Shown: positions 18,496 through 27,950 of the stretch, one piece after another
How positions within the stretch are numbered: the first letter of the stretch is position 1
Layout: every line of letters starts with the position of its first letter
Source of the DNA: a bacterium
Lineage (GTDB): Bacteria; Patescibacteriota; Minisyncoccia; Moranbacterales; DUUL01
NCBI GenBank assembly: GCA_018675685.1
Contig: JABGXP010000014.1
Coordinates: forward strand, 81,288-145,287
Reading direction: 5' to 3'
DNA length: 64,000 nt
Notes under the pieces: model-generated
What the model saw: the letters and a program-made list of their open reading frames with translations, nothing else
The model's database searches: none
Told to the model about the DNA's origin: nothing
Position numbers and translations under genes: made by a program

Positions 18496-20169
18496 CTATA
18501 ACCCTAGGAATCCGCCTCTATCAATTAGCTTTGAGCTATGAAGCCTTAGTTGACCATCAACGGATTTCTTGGAGTACAAAAGTTGAGTGTTTTTATCATA
18601 AATAACATCCCTGTTCTCTATTTCGACATCATTCTTTTGAACATTAACAAGCTCGATATGATCACGAGTATCAATCCCCGAAGACTTCACGGTGTCTCCA
18701 ATTGTAAAGAAGATGTTCTCATAATCTTCTATCCATTGAACGTTATAGATTGGAGCAGATGATCTGGTGATCATAAATTTCTCACCCTTTTCCCTGATTG
18801 GTTGGACCTCCCAGTCTCGTAACATAACGTACCAAATTTCATTATCACTCCAATATAAAAGCTTCTTCCCATCATCAGAAAATTGAATATCTTGAATTTC
18901 TCCTGAAAGTTCCTTGATGGAAACTTCACCTTCCTCTTTTTCATAATTAAAAAGAAAGAGTTTTTGATTAGGCGTCATGATTGCAATCCTGTATTGATCA
19001 TAAGTAACCATTTTTACAAAAGAGTCCTTATCTGTAATCGTTAAGATGCTGGCAATTTGTTTCTTAGTTTCAATATCGTTATTTTTGATTTCCCAAATTG
19101 AGTTGTCGACCAAATGGAAATAATAGATTCTGTTACCAGCAAAATCAAAGCCACCAACCTGATTGTCTAGTAAGAGTGCCTGATCTGGTTTTTGAATATC
19201 AACATAAAGAAGCTCGTGGTTTTTTGTTAAAATGACCAACTCATCGTTTTTATTGAACATCCAGCGAACTTGCTTGAACTCTATTTTATCAGAAGCATTT
19301 TCCGTAACATCATCTTTTATTTGTGTGGTTTCTGGGATGATTGTTGCTTGGTTTGTAGAAACTTCTTCGTTTAAACTTGGCACTGTAGAGATTTTTTGAT
19401 CAGCTTTTTTGCTAATTCCTTTTTCCTTTGATGTTTCTGTTTCCAAGCCTTTCTTGATTGTTACCCCATTTTCTTCTTTAAAAAGATCGTTTAGCACAAT
19501 AATGTCTTCTAGATTTTCTTTGTCTACCTTGGCAATTATGAAAATTTTCTCACCGTCAGATGATGAGAAGGGCATAAGAATCCTTTTATTGTCGCTGCTC
19601 CATTCAACATTCTCTTTTTCAGATTGTGGGAGGAAATTGAATTCAGAAGTTTCGTATATTGTTTTCACAGAGTTATCTTCAGTATTCAACAGAGCGACAA
19701 TTCTTAAGTCATCTTTTTCTGAAAAAAGGACAACTTCAGTATTGTTTCTTGGAGAAAGAAAGAATTGTTTTACATTTTCAACGATAAATGTGTTTTCCTC
19801 AAGCCCTGTATTGGGAAGCAGAAGAATATTCCAAAACTCTGTTGAGATTCCGGAGTGGACATTAATTGTTTTACTCCAAGAAGTATAGCCCTCCTTTTTG
19901 CAGGCAATAGTGTGTTTTCCTGGTCTAATACCATTCAATGTATAGGACCCATTAATAACGCTTAATTTACTCTTCTTTTGTTTTTTATTATCAACATAGA
20001 TGTCTATATCTCGAGGAGCACTTTTAATGGTAATAGACCCGCTATATACAAAAATGTTATTTACTGTGTCAAAGCGATATCCTTTTGCAAAGAGTACGAT
20101 TACAGGAGCTGTTAGAAAGAACAGAATGATAAAGAACAATAAATATAATCGTCTTTGGGTAATTGTCAT
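18496..20169 (-). CDS. membrane-anchored surface protein with a PEGA domain and beta-propeller-like repeats
   Basis: N-terminal TM and a PEGA-like segment (ITIKSAPRDIDIYVDNKK...IACKKEGYTSWSKTINV). Repetitive beta-rich C-terminal region. Confidence 0.45.
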   Translation of the reverse strand: MTITQRRLYLLFFIILFFLTAPVIVLFAKGYRFDTVNNIFVYSGSITIKSAPRDIDIYVDNKKQKKSKLSVINGSYTLNGIRPGKHTIACKKEGYTSWSKTINVHSGISTEFWNILLLPNTGLEENTFIVENVKQFFLSPRNNTEVVLFSEKDDLRIVALLNTEDNSVKTIYETSEFNFLPQSEKENVEWSSDNKRILMPFSSSDGEKIFIIAKVDKENLEDIIVLNDLFKEENGVTIKKGLETETSKEKGISKKADQKISTVPSLNEEVSTNQATIIPETTQIKDDVTENASDKIEFKQVRWMFNKNDELVILTKNHELLYVDIQKPDQALLLDNQVGGFDFAGNRIYYFHLVDNSIWEIKNNDIETKKQIASILTITDKDSFVKMVTYDQYRIAIMTPNQKLFLFNYEKEEGEVSIKELSGEIQDIQFSDDGKKLLYWSDNEIWYVMLRDWEVQPIREKGEKFMITRSSAPIYNVQWIEDYENIFFTIGDTVKSSGIDTRDHIELVNVQKNDVEIENRDVIYDKNTQLLYSKKSVDGQLRLHSSKLIDRGGFLGL

Positions 20170-20468
20170 AGATTTAAAAACAAATGATAAGCCAACAGCC
20201 TAGCCGTTCTTGAAGAAGGAAGAAAGGTTGTTGGTTTGTAATAATTAATATAGCACTGCCTTTATAGTATACTTGAAAAAAGATAGATTCTCAAACAGGA
20301 AAAGTATTAAGTTAAATCCTAAACTACCACCTATAATAATCAGCAATAAACTCCAGTAAGTAAAGCTCAATGCATGCAACTTGTCAAGGTTGTAAAGGTT
20401 TTTTATATATGTTAGATTTAAGTGAACAAGAGGGATTCTGGGGGAAGATAATTCTAGAGAAAAAATAT

Positions 20469-20840
20469 ATGGAAAACAAAGAAGTGAAAAGTGGTAGCAA
20501 AGAAGCGATTGTGAAGGAGGATAAAAAAACAGAATTGTTGCCAGTTAACGATTCTAAAGAGAGTAAGAATGGCGGTGTCTCTAAATACATTGACATTCGA
20601 ATTGTCATTCTGTTTGTAATAGGAGTTTTGTTTGGTTTTGCTATGAAAACGCAGACAACCAAAACAAACGTAATCGGAGCCAATGACCCACAACTCGAGA
20701 AAACGAGAGGTGATTATTTGTTCACCCAGTTTGAGCGAGAACAGGAACTTTCTGTGGAGGAAGCAGAGTTAATCGAAGCAGAAGCTGATGATTCAGTGAT
20801 AGAAGAAAGCGAAGATGTCTTGATAGATACAGAAGAGTAA
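20469..20840 (+). CDS. hypothetical single-TM protein with an acidic C-terminus (start uncertain; the track ORF begins at 20370)
   Basis: ORF only, with a TM segment IRIVILFVIGVLFGFAM. Confidence 0.25.
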   Translation: MENKEVKSGSKEAIVKEDKKTELLPVNDSKESKNGGVSKYIDIRIVILFVIGVLFGFAMKTQTTKTNVIGANDPQLEKTRGDYLFTQFEREQELSVEEAELIEAEADDSVIEESEDVLIDTEE

Positions 20841-20901
20841 AGGTAGTTTTAGGAGAAAAAATAAGGAGGATGATAGAATATTCAATAAATAAACAAAGGA
20901 T

Positions 20902-22230
20902 ATGTCAAAGAAAAAAAAGAAAAACGGGGGGCATGCAAAGAAAGAGATAATAGAATCAAACGTAAAAAAAGAAGCAATGAAAAAAGAAGACTCATTAAAG
21001 ACCGAGATGAAAAAAAGGGAAGAAGAAATCAAGGTGAACGCTGTCTCAAAAGAGGAAGTTAAATCAGAAGAAGAAATTGTTGGTCAAACAACACTTTCAG
21101 AATTGGATGAAAAGACAGAAAATCAAAAAACAATAAAAAATCTTGTTTCAGCTGTAATTTTGCTTTCAGGGATTGCAGTCGGTAGTTTTTTCGTTGATAT
21201 CGTCCAGTTTATGAGTGGTGATGGTTTCTCAAAGCGAGCTTTAGACAATTCCGAAGTATTGGTCGCAGGAGATCGAACCTGGGTAGCTTTTAATGAACCA
21301 GCCATTGATGTAAAAGTTTTGACTGTGAGTGAGGAAGAAATGAAGAATTGCAAGAATTGTGACACAAAGGAAGTGCTACTCTGGTTAAGGGATTACATTC
21401 CAACAATGGTAGTAAATAACGTGGATGCAGAATCAGAAGAAGGGAAGGCAATGATTGAAGCATATGAAATTAAATCATTACCAGCATTTTTCTTTTCTGA
21501 GGAAATCGAACAAACAAAGTTTTTCCAAGGTGAAGGTAGAGTTGTTTTCGCAGAAAAGAATGATTCTTTTATGCTAAATGCTGCTGGACTTGGAATCCCA
21601 GTCGGAAAGTATCTACAAACTCCTGAAGTAGGCGAAACAGATGCAATTCTTGGCAACAAAGAAGCGAAGGTGAAAGTGGTTGTTTTCTCTGATTTCCAGT
21701 GTCCATATTGTGGAGAACATTTTAAAAATGCAAAAGAAGCCGTTAAAGGTTTTAGCGAAGAAGAAGTTGCTCTTGTGTATAAAGACCTACCATTAAACTT
21801 TCATTTGCAAGGGAAAAATGCAGCAATGGCCGCAAGATGCAGTCAGGATCAAGAGAAATTTTGGGAAATGGGAGAACTGCTATATAGCTCACAAAAGGAT
21901 TGGCAGGACACTGAAGGAATTGCACAATTCAAAAAATATGCTAGAGAGCTAAAACTTGATACATTTAAATTTAACAAGTGTATGGATGATCGATCTGCAG
22001 AAGCTCTTGTTGATGAGGATTTGGCTCAGGCAAAGGAAATTGGAGTAACTGGAACACCAGCAACATTTGTTGGAACTCAGTTTGCAAGCGGAGTTGTTAC
22101 TGCACTAGAAATTAAAGCAATGATTCAAAATGAGTTGGATGGCGACATTGATGAGATGGACGCTGATATATTAGAAGATGTTTCAAGCGAAATGGAAGAA
22201 GAAACAGAAGAAGAAGTTAAAGTTCAATAA
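20902..22230 (+). CDS. membrane-anchored DsbA-family thiol:disulfide oxidoreductase (CPYC)
   Basis: Lys-rich N-terminus and a TM segment, then VVVFSDFQCPYCGEHF and the GVTGTPATFVG cis-Pro region of the DsbA/thioredoxin fold. Acidic C-terminal tail. Confidence 0.6.
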   Translation: MSKKKKKNGGHAKKEIIESNVKKEAMKKEDSLKTEMKKREEEIKVNAVSKEEVKSEEEIVGQTTLSELDEKTENQKTIKNLVSAVILLSGIAVGSFFVDIVQFMSGDGFSKRALDNSEVLVAGDRTWVAFNEPAIDVKVLTVSEEEMKNCKNCDTKEVLLWLRDYIPTMVVNNVDAESEEGKAMIEAYEIKSLPAFFFSEEIEQTKFFQGEGRVVFAEKNDSFMLNAAGLGIPVGKYLQTPEVGETDAILGNKEAKVKVVVFSDFQCPYCGEHFKNAKEAVKGFSEEEVALVYKDLPLNFHLQGKNAAMAARCSQDQEKFWEMGELLYSSQKDWQDTEGIAQFKKYARELKLDTFKFNKCMDDRSAEALVDEDLAQAKEIGVTGTPATFVGTQFASGVVTALEIKAMIQNELDGDIDEMDADILEDVSSEMEEETEEEVKVQ

Positions 22231-22251
22231 CTATTTATTCCTACGGGAATT

Positions 22252-22818
22252 ATGAAAAATAAAAACAAATACGAGATAATTATCCATGGCCGTGGGGGTC
22301 AGGGTGCTAAGACTACGGCTGAAATTTTGGTGCAAGCTGCTATTTTGAAGGGAAAATTTGTACAGGCTTTTCCAAATTTTGGCCCGGAACGAACAGGTGC
22401 TCCGATGTGTGCATTTGTGAGAATTTCCAATGAGCCAATCAGGACTCGCGAACCAGTCGTTGATCCTGATTGTGTTTTGGTCTTAGATGAAACGATTACC
22501 GATGTGATTGATGTAACAAAAAACGTAACAGATACGGAGGCTTTAATCATAAATTCGACAAAAGAAAAACAAGAATTGGCGAAGAAACTGAAGTTTGAGG
22601 GAAATCTTATCCCCATCGATGCTAGTGGGATGTCCCAAGAGATTATTGGTGAGAATAGACCTAATACAGTAATTATAGGTAGATTTGCTTTTGCTTCTCA
22701 TATTGTTGAACTGGAGGATGTAATAAAAGTTTTCCGCAATAAATATGAAAATAAAATTGGAAAAGAAAAGACTGATAAAAATATAAAAGCAATCGAAAAA
22801 GCTTTTAGGCATCACTAG
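22252..22818 (+). CDS. porG: pyruvate:ferredoxin oxidoreductase gamma subunit
   Basis: The IIIHGRGGQGAKTTAEIL signature. Confidence 0.8.
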   Translation: MKNKNKYEIIIHGRGGQGAKTTAEILVQAAILKGKFVQAFPNFGPERTGAPMCAFVRISNEPIRTREPVVDPDCVLVLDETITDVIDVTKNVTDTEALIINSTKEKQELAKKLKFEGNLIPIDASGMSQEIIGENRPNTVIIGRFAFASHIVELEDVIKVFRNKYENKIGKEKTDKNIKAIEKAFRHH

Positions 22819-22843
22819 AGTTAAGTTTTTTAGGTTTACAAAA

Positions 22844-23179
22844 ATGACACAAATAAAACAAACAAAAAGCACCCATTTTAGAAAAATAGCAGCAAAAACA
22901 AAACAGGAGAAGACCCAAATGGGGAAAGAATTAGGTGCTGCAATTGAAAATAAGGCTGAAAAATACCCTTCAATTGGAGAGTGGAAGAGTTCGATCTTCA
23001 CTGTCAAGGAGAAATGTATTGGCTGTGAAATGTGCGTAAAGCATTGTCCGGAGGCTGCTATAACAACAAAGGAAATCGGGGATAAAAAAAGAGCAGAAAT
23101 TGACCAATCTTTCTGTAAGGGTTGCGGGATATGCGAGAATGTTTGTCCAGTTGAAGCGATTGAGGTGAAGAAAATGTAA
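22844..23179 (+). CDS. porD: pyruvate:ferredoxin oxidoreductase delta subunit (2x[4Fe-4S] ferredoxin)
   Basis: Two CxxCxxCxxxCP motifs (CIGCEMCVKHCP and CKGCGICENVCP). Confidence 0.8.
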   Translation: MTQIKQTKSTHFRKIAAKTKQEKTQMGKELGAAIENKAEKYPSIGEWKSSIFTVKEKCIGCEMCVKHCPEAAITTKEIGDKKRAEIDQSFCKGCGICENVCPVEAIEVKKM

Positions 23180-23199
23180 GAGTTAAAAAGAAGGAATAA

Positions 23200-23871
23200 A
23201 TGGAAAAAAAATGTGGCAAGTTCAACTTGGTGATTGACTTTGACAGTACATTCATCAAATTGGAAGCCCTTGATGAACTGGCAAAGATTGCCCTGGAGAA
23301 TGATTCAAGAAAGGAAGAAAAAACTGCAGAGATACAGAAAATCACAAATCGTGGGATGGTAGGAGAAATCTCTTTTCCAGAATCACTACAATCAAGACTT
23401 GATTTGTTCAGTATAAAGAGAGAACATATAGAGAAGTTAATTAAGAAACTAAAAGGGAGTATTTCAGAATCCTTTTTGCGGAATAGAGATTTTTTTCTAA
23501 AAAATAAGGAGCATATATATATAATTTCAGGAGGTTTTCTCGACTATATTTTACCAGTTGCTCAAAATTTTGGAATTTCGAAAGAGCATATTTTAGCAAA
23601 TAGATTTGTTTTCGAAGGGGAGGATGTTATTGGTTTCGATAAGACAAGTTTTTTAGCGCAGGAAAGCGGTAAAGTGAAAGCTGTAAAAAATCTTGGAATT
23701 GGAAAAGTTGTGGTTGTCGGTGATGGATGGACTGATTATGAAATTAAAGAAACAGGTAATGCTGAAAACTTCTTTGCTTTTTCAGAGAATGTGAAGAGAG
23801 TAAAAGTAATAGAAGTTGCAGACGTAGAATGTTTTGACCTCGAACAAGTTATTGAAAAAATAAAGTCGTGA
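23200..23871 (+). CDS. HAD-superfamily hydrolase, phosphoserine phosphatase (SerB)-like, embedded in the por operon
   Basis: Motif I IDFDSTFI (DxDST), GMVGEISFPESLQSRL, and a motif IV VVGDGWTD; the architecture resembles SerB. Confidence 0.6.
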   Translation: MEKKCGKFNLVIDFDSTFIKLEALDELAKIALENDSRKEEKTAEIQKITNRGMVGEISFPESLQSRLDLFSIKREHIEKLIKKLKGSISESFLRNRDFFLKNKEHIYIISGGFLDYILPVAQNFGISKEHILANRFVFEGEDVIGFDKTSFLAQESGKVKAVKNLGIGKVVVVGDGWTDYEIKETGNAENFFAFSENVKRVKVIEVADVECFDLEQVIEKIKS

Positions 23872-23903
23872 AAATAGGCTAACACATTTATTGTTATATA
23901 AAG

Positions 23904-25031
23904 ATGAATACAAAAAATAAAAAAATTGCGCTTACTGGCGGTTATGCTGTTGGTGAGGCGATGCGACAAATTAATCCAGACGTTGTTGCAATGTACCCGA
24001 TTACTCCACAAACTCCAATTATTGAATATTTTGCTAAACAAAAAGCAAACGGAAAAGTGAAAACGGAGGTTGTCACTGTTGAGTCAGAGCACAGTGCTAT
24101 GAGTGCTTGTATTGGCTCTTCAGCATCAGGTGCACGAACTTTAACAGCTTCAAGCTCTCAGGGGATCATGTATATGTTTGAAGTTTTGCCAGTCGCTTCT
24201 TCAATGAGATTGCCAATTTTAATGGCAGTTTCAAATCGTGCAATTTCAGGGCCAATCAATATCCATGGTGATCATTCTGATGCCATGGCGATGAGAGATA
24301 CAGGCTGGATTCAAATTTTTGCCGAAAACACTCAGGAGGCATACGACAACACGATTATCGGAATGAAATTGGCAGAAAAAGCTCTTTTGCCTCTTGCGAC
24401 TAACATGGATGGATTTTTTGTTTCACATAGCGTTGAAAACCTAGAACTACTCGAAGACGAAGAAGTAAAAGGATTTATTGGTGAATATTCCCCTAAACAA
24501 AGTTTGTTTGACTTTGACAATCCGAAAACCTTTGGACCTGTTGCTTTGCAGAATTCTTATTTTGAGTTTAGAAAACAAATTCAGGATGCAATGCTGAAAA
24601 CTTCAAAAATGTTTGAAGAGGTGGCAGAAGAGTTTGAAAAAATATCCAAAAGAAAATATGGTTTTGTCGAGGAATATCGAACTGAAGACGCAGGTAAGGT
24701 AATAGTTGCGATGGGGAGTGTTTGCGGAACCATCAAAGAAACAGTTGATCGCCTAAGAGACGAAGGGAAGAACGTTGGGTTGTTGAAAATAAGACTTTTC
24801 AGACCATTTCCTTATAAGCAGGTTGCCAAAGCGCTAAAAGGTGTGCAAGATATTATTGTAATGGATCGAAACTTAGCATTTGGAACGAAGCAGGTTTTAG
24901 CATCTGAGATTGAACATGCAACAGGAAAGAAAGTACAAAGCGTTGTTTATGGGTTGGGAGGAAGAGATGTCTTCGAGAAACAGATTGAAGAGTTGTTCTT
25001 GGAAGAGAAATCCCCAGAATATTTAATGTAA
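23904..25031 (+). CDS. porA: pyruvate:ferredoxin oxidoreductase alpha subunit
   Basis: N-terminus ALTGGYAVGEAMRQINPDVVAMYPITPQT and the PFOR domain I/II fold. Confidence 0.85.
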   Translation: MNTKNKKIALTGGYAVGEAMRQINPDVVAMYPITPQTPIIEYFAKQKANGKVKTEVVTVESEHSAMSACIGSSASGARTLTASSSQGIMYMFEVLPVASSMRLPILMAVSNRAISGPINIHGDHSDAMAMRDTGWIQIFAENTQEAYDNTIIGMKLAEKALLPLATNMDGFFVSHSVENLELLEDEEVKGFIGEYSPKQSLFDFDNPKTFGPVALQNSYFEFRKQIQDAMLKTSKMFEEVAEEFEKISKRKYGFVEEYRTEDAGKVIVAMGSVCGTIKETVDRLRDEGKNVGLLKIRLFRPFPYKQVAKALKGVQDIIVMDRNLAFGTKQVLASEIEHATGKKVQSVVYGLGGRDVFEKQIEELFLEEKSPEYLM

Positions 25032-25069
25032 AAAGGCAATAATTTAAAAATAAGTCTTAGATTTGAAAT

Positions 25070-25990
25070 ATGAACAAAACATATAAAAAACAAAAATTTA
25101 CTGCAGCTACGACTTGTGCTGGTTGCCCAATTGGAGTTGTGGCTCGCACCGTTTTAAATGCAACCGATGATCCCATCGTGGTTACTAATGCAACCGGATG
25201 TATGGAGGTAACTTCTACTATATATCCCAATACCTCCTGGAAAGTTCCATATATACATAGCGTTTTTGGTAATGCTGGTGCAACTGCTTCGGGGATTGAA
25301 GCTGCTGTAAAATCTCTCAGTAAACAAGGAAAAGTTGATGAAAAAGTTAAAGTTATTGCTTTTGCTGGCGATGGTGGAACCTATGATATTGGCTTTCAGG
25401 CACTTTCTGGTGCGCTAGAAAGAGGCCATGACTTCTTGTATGTTTGTTATGATAATGGAGCTTATATGAACACAGGGAATCAGAGAAGTGGAGCAACTCC
25501 TTTAGGGGCTAGCACACAAACAACTCCTTTTGGAAAAGAAGCTTTCGGAAAGCAAACCAGAAGAAAAGATATTATGACAATTGTGGCTGGTCACCATGTT
25601 CCGTATGCAGCAACAGCAAATATTGGTTTTCTGGAAGATTTTAAAGCTAAGGTCAAAAAAGCTCTAGCAATTAAAGGCCCAAAATTTATTCTAGTTTTTT
25701 CACCCTGTGTTGCACTTTGGAAGTTTCCACCTGCAAAGACCTTTGAGGTTGCAAAGCTCGGCACAGAGACTAATTTTTGGCCTTTGTATGAGATTGAAAA
25801 TGGGCACTATAAGTTCTCCTATGAACCAAAAAAGCGAAAACCAATTGAAGAATTTTATGGCACCCAGGGAAGGTTCAAACATATCTTCAAAAGAGACGAC
25901 AAAGAAGCTTTATTGCAAAAAATTCAAAAAGAAATTGACGATGATTTTGCAAGAATTAAAGCAACAGTTGAATCACATCAAAAAGTATAA
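25070..25990 (+). CDS. porB: pyruvate:ferredoxin oxidoreductase beta subunit (TPP-binding)
   Basis: TTCAGCPIG Cys cluster and the TPP-binding GDGG..N motif (FAGDGGTYDIG...YDNGAYMNTGNQ). Confidence 0.85.
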   Translation: MNKTYKKQKFTAATTCAGCPIGVVARTVLNATDDPIVVTNATGCMEVTSTIYPNTSWKVPYIHSVFGNAGATASGIEAAVKSLSKQGKVDEKVKVIAFAGDGGTYDIGFQALSGALERGHDFLYVCYDNGAYMNTGNQRSGATPLGASTQTTPFGKEAFGKQTRRKDIMTIVAGHHVPYAATANIGFLEDFKAKVKKALAIKGPKFILVFSPCVALWKFPPAKTFEVAKLGTETNFWPLYEIENGHYKFSYEPKKRKPIEEFYGTQGRFKHIFKRDDKEALLQKIQKEIDDDFARIKATVESHQKV

Positions 25991-26060
25991 AATACATTAA
26001 AAAGCAATTAAGCTTTTAATTAATTGTAGAAGCTAAATAACTTTGAACAGGAAATAGTAT

Positions 26061-27200
26061 ATGGGAATTGAAATCATCATCATTGGAGTTTTTATAATCG
26101 CTGGCTTTATTGGCTTAGGTTTTTTTCTTAATGGAAAATTCTCAAACGTTCAAACCCAAGACAAAGGAAAAGAGCTCTTGCTTTTACAGCAACAAATGGG
26201 ACAAGTGATCCAGGTATTGGACCAAAGATTAGCTGAAAATAAACAAGAACTAGATCGAAAACTTTCAGAATCTAATATGATATCCAAAAATCAATCAACT
26301 GAAAATATTCGTGTGATTCAAGATATTTCACGTGATAGTCAAGACCAAGTTGCTAGAATCAACAAGCAATTATTAGGCGTGACACAGCAGATGACAAAAT
26401 TAGATGAAACAAACCGTCAAGTGATGGACTTTTCTTCCCAATTAAAGAATTTACAGGATATTTTAAAAAACCCGAAACAAAGGGGAGTGCTAGGGGAATA
26501 TTTTTTAGAAGAAACTTTGAAAAATGTACTACCTCCGAATAGTTACAAGATGCAATATGGATTTAAGGATGGAGTGATTGTGGATGCCGTTGTTTTTGTT
26601 AAGGAGAAGATTATCCCGATTGATTCGAAGTTTTCCTTAGAAACCTATGAAAAACTCTTAAGTTGCACTGATGCGAAACAAAGAACAATCCTGGAAAAAC
26701 AGTTTAAACAAGATTTGAAGAATCGAATTGACGAAACTTCAAAATATGTTAAACCAAACGAGCAAACGGTGGATTTTGCATTTATGTTCATTCCGTCAGA
26801 AGCGATTTATTACGACCTTCTTGTAAATAAAGTTGGTTCCGCGCAAGTTTCTTCACGAGATTTAATTGAGTATGCATTTAAAGACAAGCATGTGATTATT
26901 GTTTCACCTACATCATTTTTAGCCTATCTACAAACAGTTTTACAGGGATTGAGAGCCTTGGAAATTGAAGAATCAGCAAAAGAAATCCAAAAAAATGTTG
27001 AAAAACTCGGAAAACATCTCAGCCAATATTCTATATATCATGATAAACTTGGAAATACCTTAAAGACAACAGTTAATCATTTCAATAACTCCAGTAAAGA
27101 ATTCAATAAGGTTGATAAGGATATCATGAAAGTTACAAACACGAAAAAAAAGTTGGATTTAGAGGGGGAGGAAGTTGAATCTCCGAAGCTAGAGGCCTGA
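26061..27200 (+). CDS. rmuC: DNA recombination protein RmuC
   Basis: N-terminal TM and a long coiled coil. The C-terminal RmuC domain shows GVLGEYFLEETL...DAVVFV..KIIPIDSKFSLETY...FMFIPSEAIYY. Confidence 0.7.
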   Translation: MGIEIIIIGVFIIAGFIGLGFFLNGKFSNVQTQDKGKELLLLQQQMGQVIQVLDQRLAENKQELDRKLSESNMISKNQSTENIRVIQDISRDSQDQVARINKQLLGVTQQMTKLDETNRQVMDFSSQLKNLQDILKNPKQRGVLGEYFLEETLKNVLPPNSYKMQYGFKDGVIVDAVVFVKEKIIPIDSKFSLETYEKLLSCTDAKQRTILEKQFKQDLKNRIDETSKYVKPNEQTVDFAFMFIPSEAIYYDLLVNKVGSAQVSSRDLIEYAFKDKHVIIVSPTSFLAYLQTVLQGLRALEIEESAKEIQKNVEKLGKHLSQYSIYHDKLGNTLKTTVNHFNNSSKEFNKVDKDIMKVTNTKKKLDLEGEEVESPKLEA

Positions 27201-27221
27201 AAATCGAAATAATTTGCAATG

Positions 27222-27261
27222 AAAAGACGAGTCGGAGGAATTTCTCCTGACTCGTCTTTTG
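27222..27261. terminator. bidirectional intrinsic terminator
   Basis: AAAAGACGAGTCGGAG-gaattt-CTCCTGACTCGTCTTTT is a perfect 14-16 bp stem with an A-run before and a T-run after. Confidence 0.6.
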
Positions 27262-27281
27262 GTTATACCAAGATTCACAAT

Positions 27282-27734
27282 CTACCATCTCCATTGATTA
27301 CTTTGATGAAAGAGCGCTTTTAAATTCTGAGCACTTAACTTAAAGGCTTCTTCTATCTCATCAACACTCTTGTTGTATTGAAGAAGTTTCTTGGAGAACG
27401 CCGGATCCCCATTGATTGGTTTTGATAGAAAGGTTTTAGGCTCATAAACATGGCCCCGAATTTCAAGGGATAAACAACTACAGTAGAGTGCCTTTATTAG
27501 ATTACTACTCTCTTTTGTACTCTCGCTTTCTTCCCCTCCTCCTTTTTTGCATGGCTCAATTTTTGCTATGCAAACAGGAAAGAGAATCAATATCTCATGA
27601 AATATATCCTTGCCAACTGCAGCTTCTAGGGCATCCTTTCCGAGAAGATTTGTTTTGGGATGATAAAGATACATCTTACTACATTCTATTTCGATAGAAT
27701 TAACTTGGATTGTTCCTGTGGAAAGTTCTGTCAT
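27282..27734 (-). CDS. hypothetical protein (150 aa, several Cys; family not recognised)
   Basis: ORF only. It was compared mentally with QueF, QueD, FolE and MsrB motifs and no convincing match was found. Confidence 0.3.
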   Translation of the reverse strand: MTELSTGTIQVNSIEIECSKMYLYHPKTNLLGKDALEAAVGKDIFHEILILFPVCIAKIEPCKKGGGEESESTKESSNLIKALYCSCLSLEIRGHVYEPKTFLSKPINGDPAFSKKLLQYNKSVDEIEEAFKLSAQNLKALFHQSNQWRW

Positions 27735-27950
27735 GACGTATCTCCTAAAGGGTTTTTTGCTGTAATTAAGAAAGTTTCAAAGAACTAGTTAACAAAAAAT
27801 GGTATATTGAAAAACACATTTGTAACGATTAATATAGCACGCTTTATTTTTTTGTAAATGGCAACTTGCTGTATTTTATCTAAAAACATACCTATAAAAC
27901 AAAAAACAACCCAATAATAAAAAGAGTTGTACTTGGTTTTAGCTGTTTTT

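Noticed and set aside
27282-27734. Assigning the 150-aa Cys-containing protein to QueF, QueD, FolE (T-fold) or MsrB
   Set aside because: None of the family-defining motifs (QueF Cys-Glu pair plus ESKSLKLY; QueD CxxHGH; FolE CEHH; MsrB CxxC..RYCINS) could be aligned convincingly, so it is left as hypothetical.
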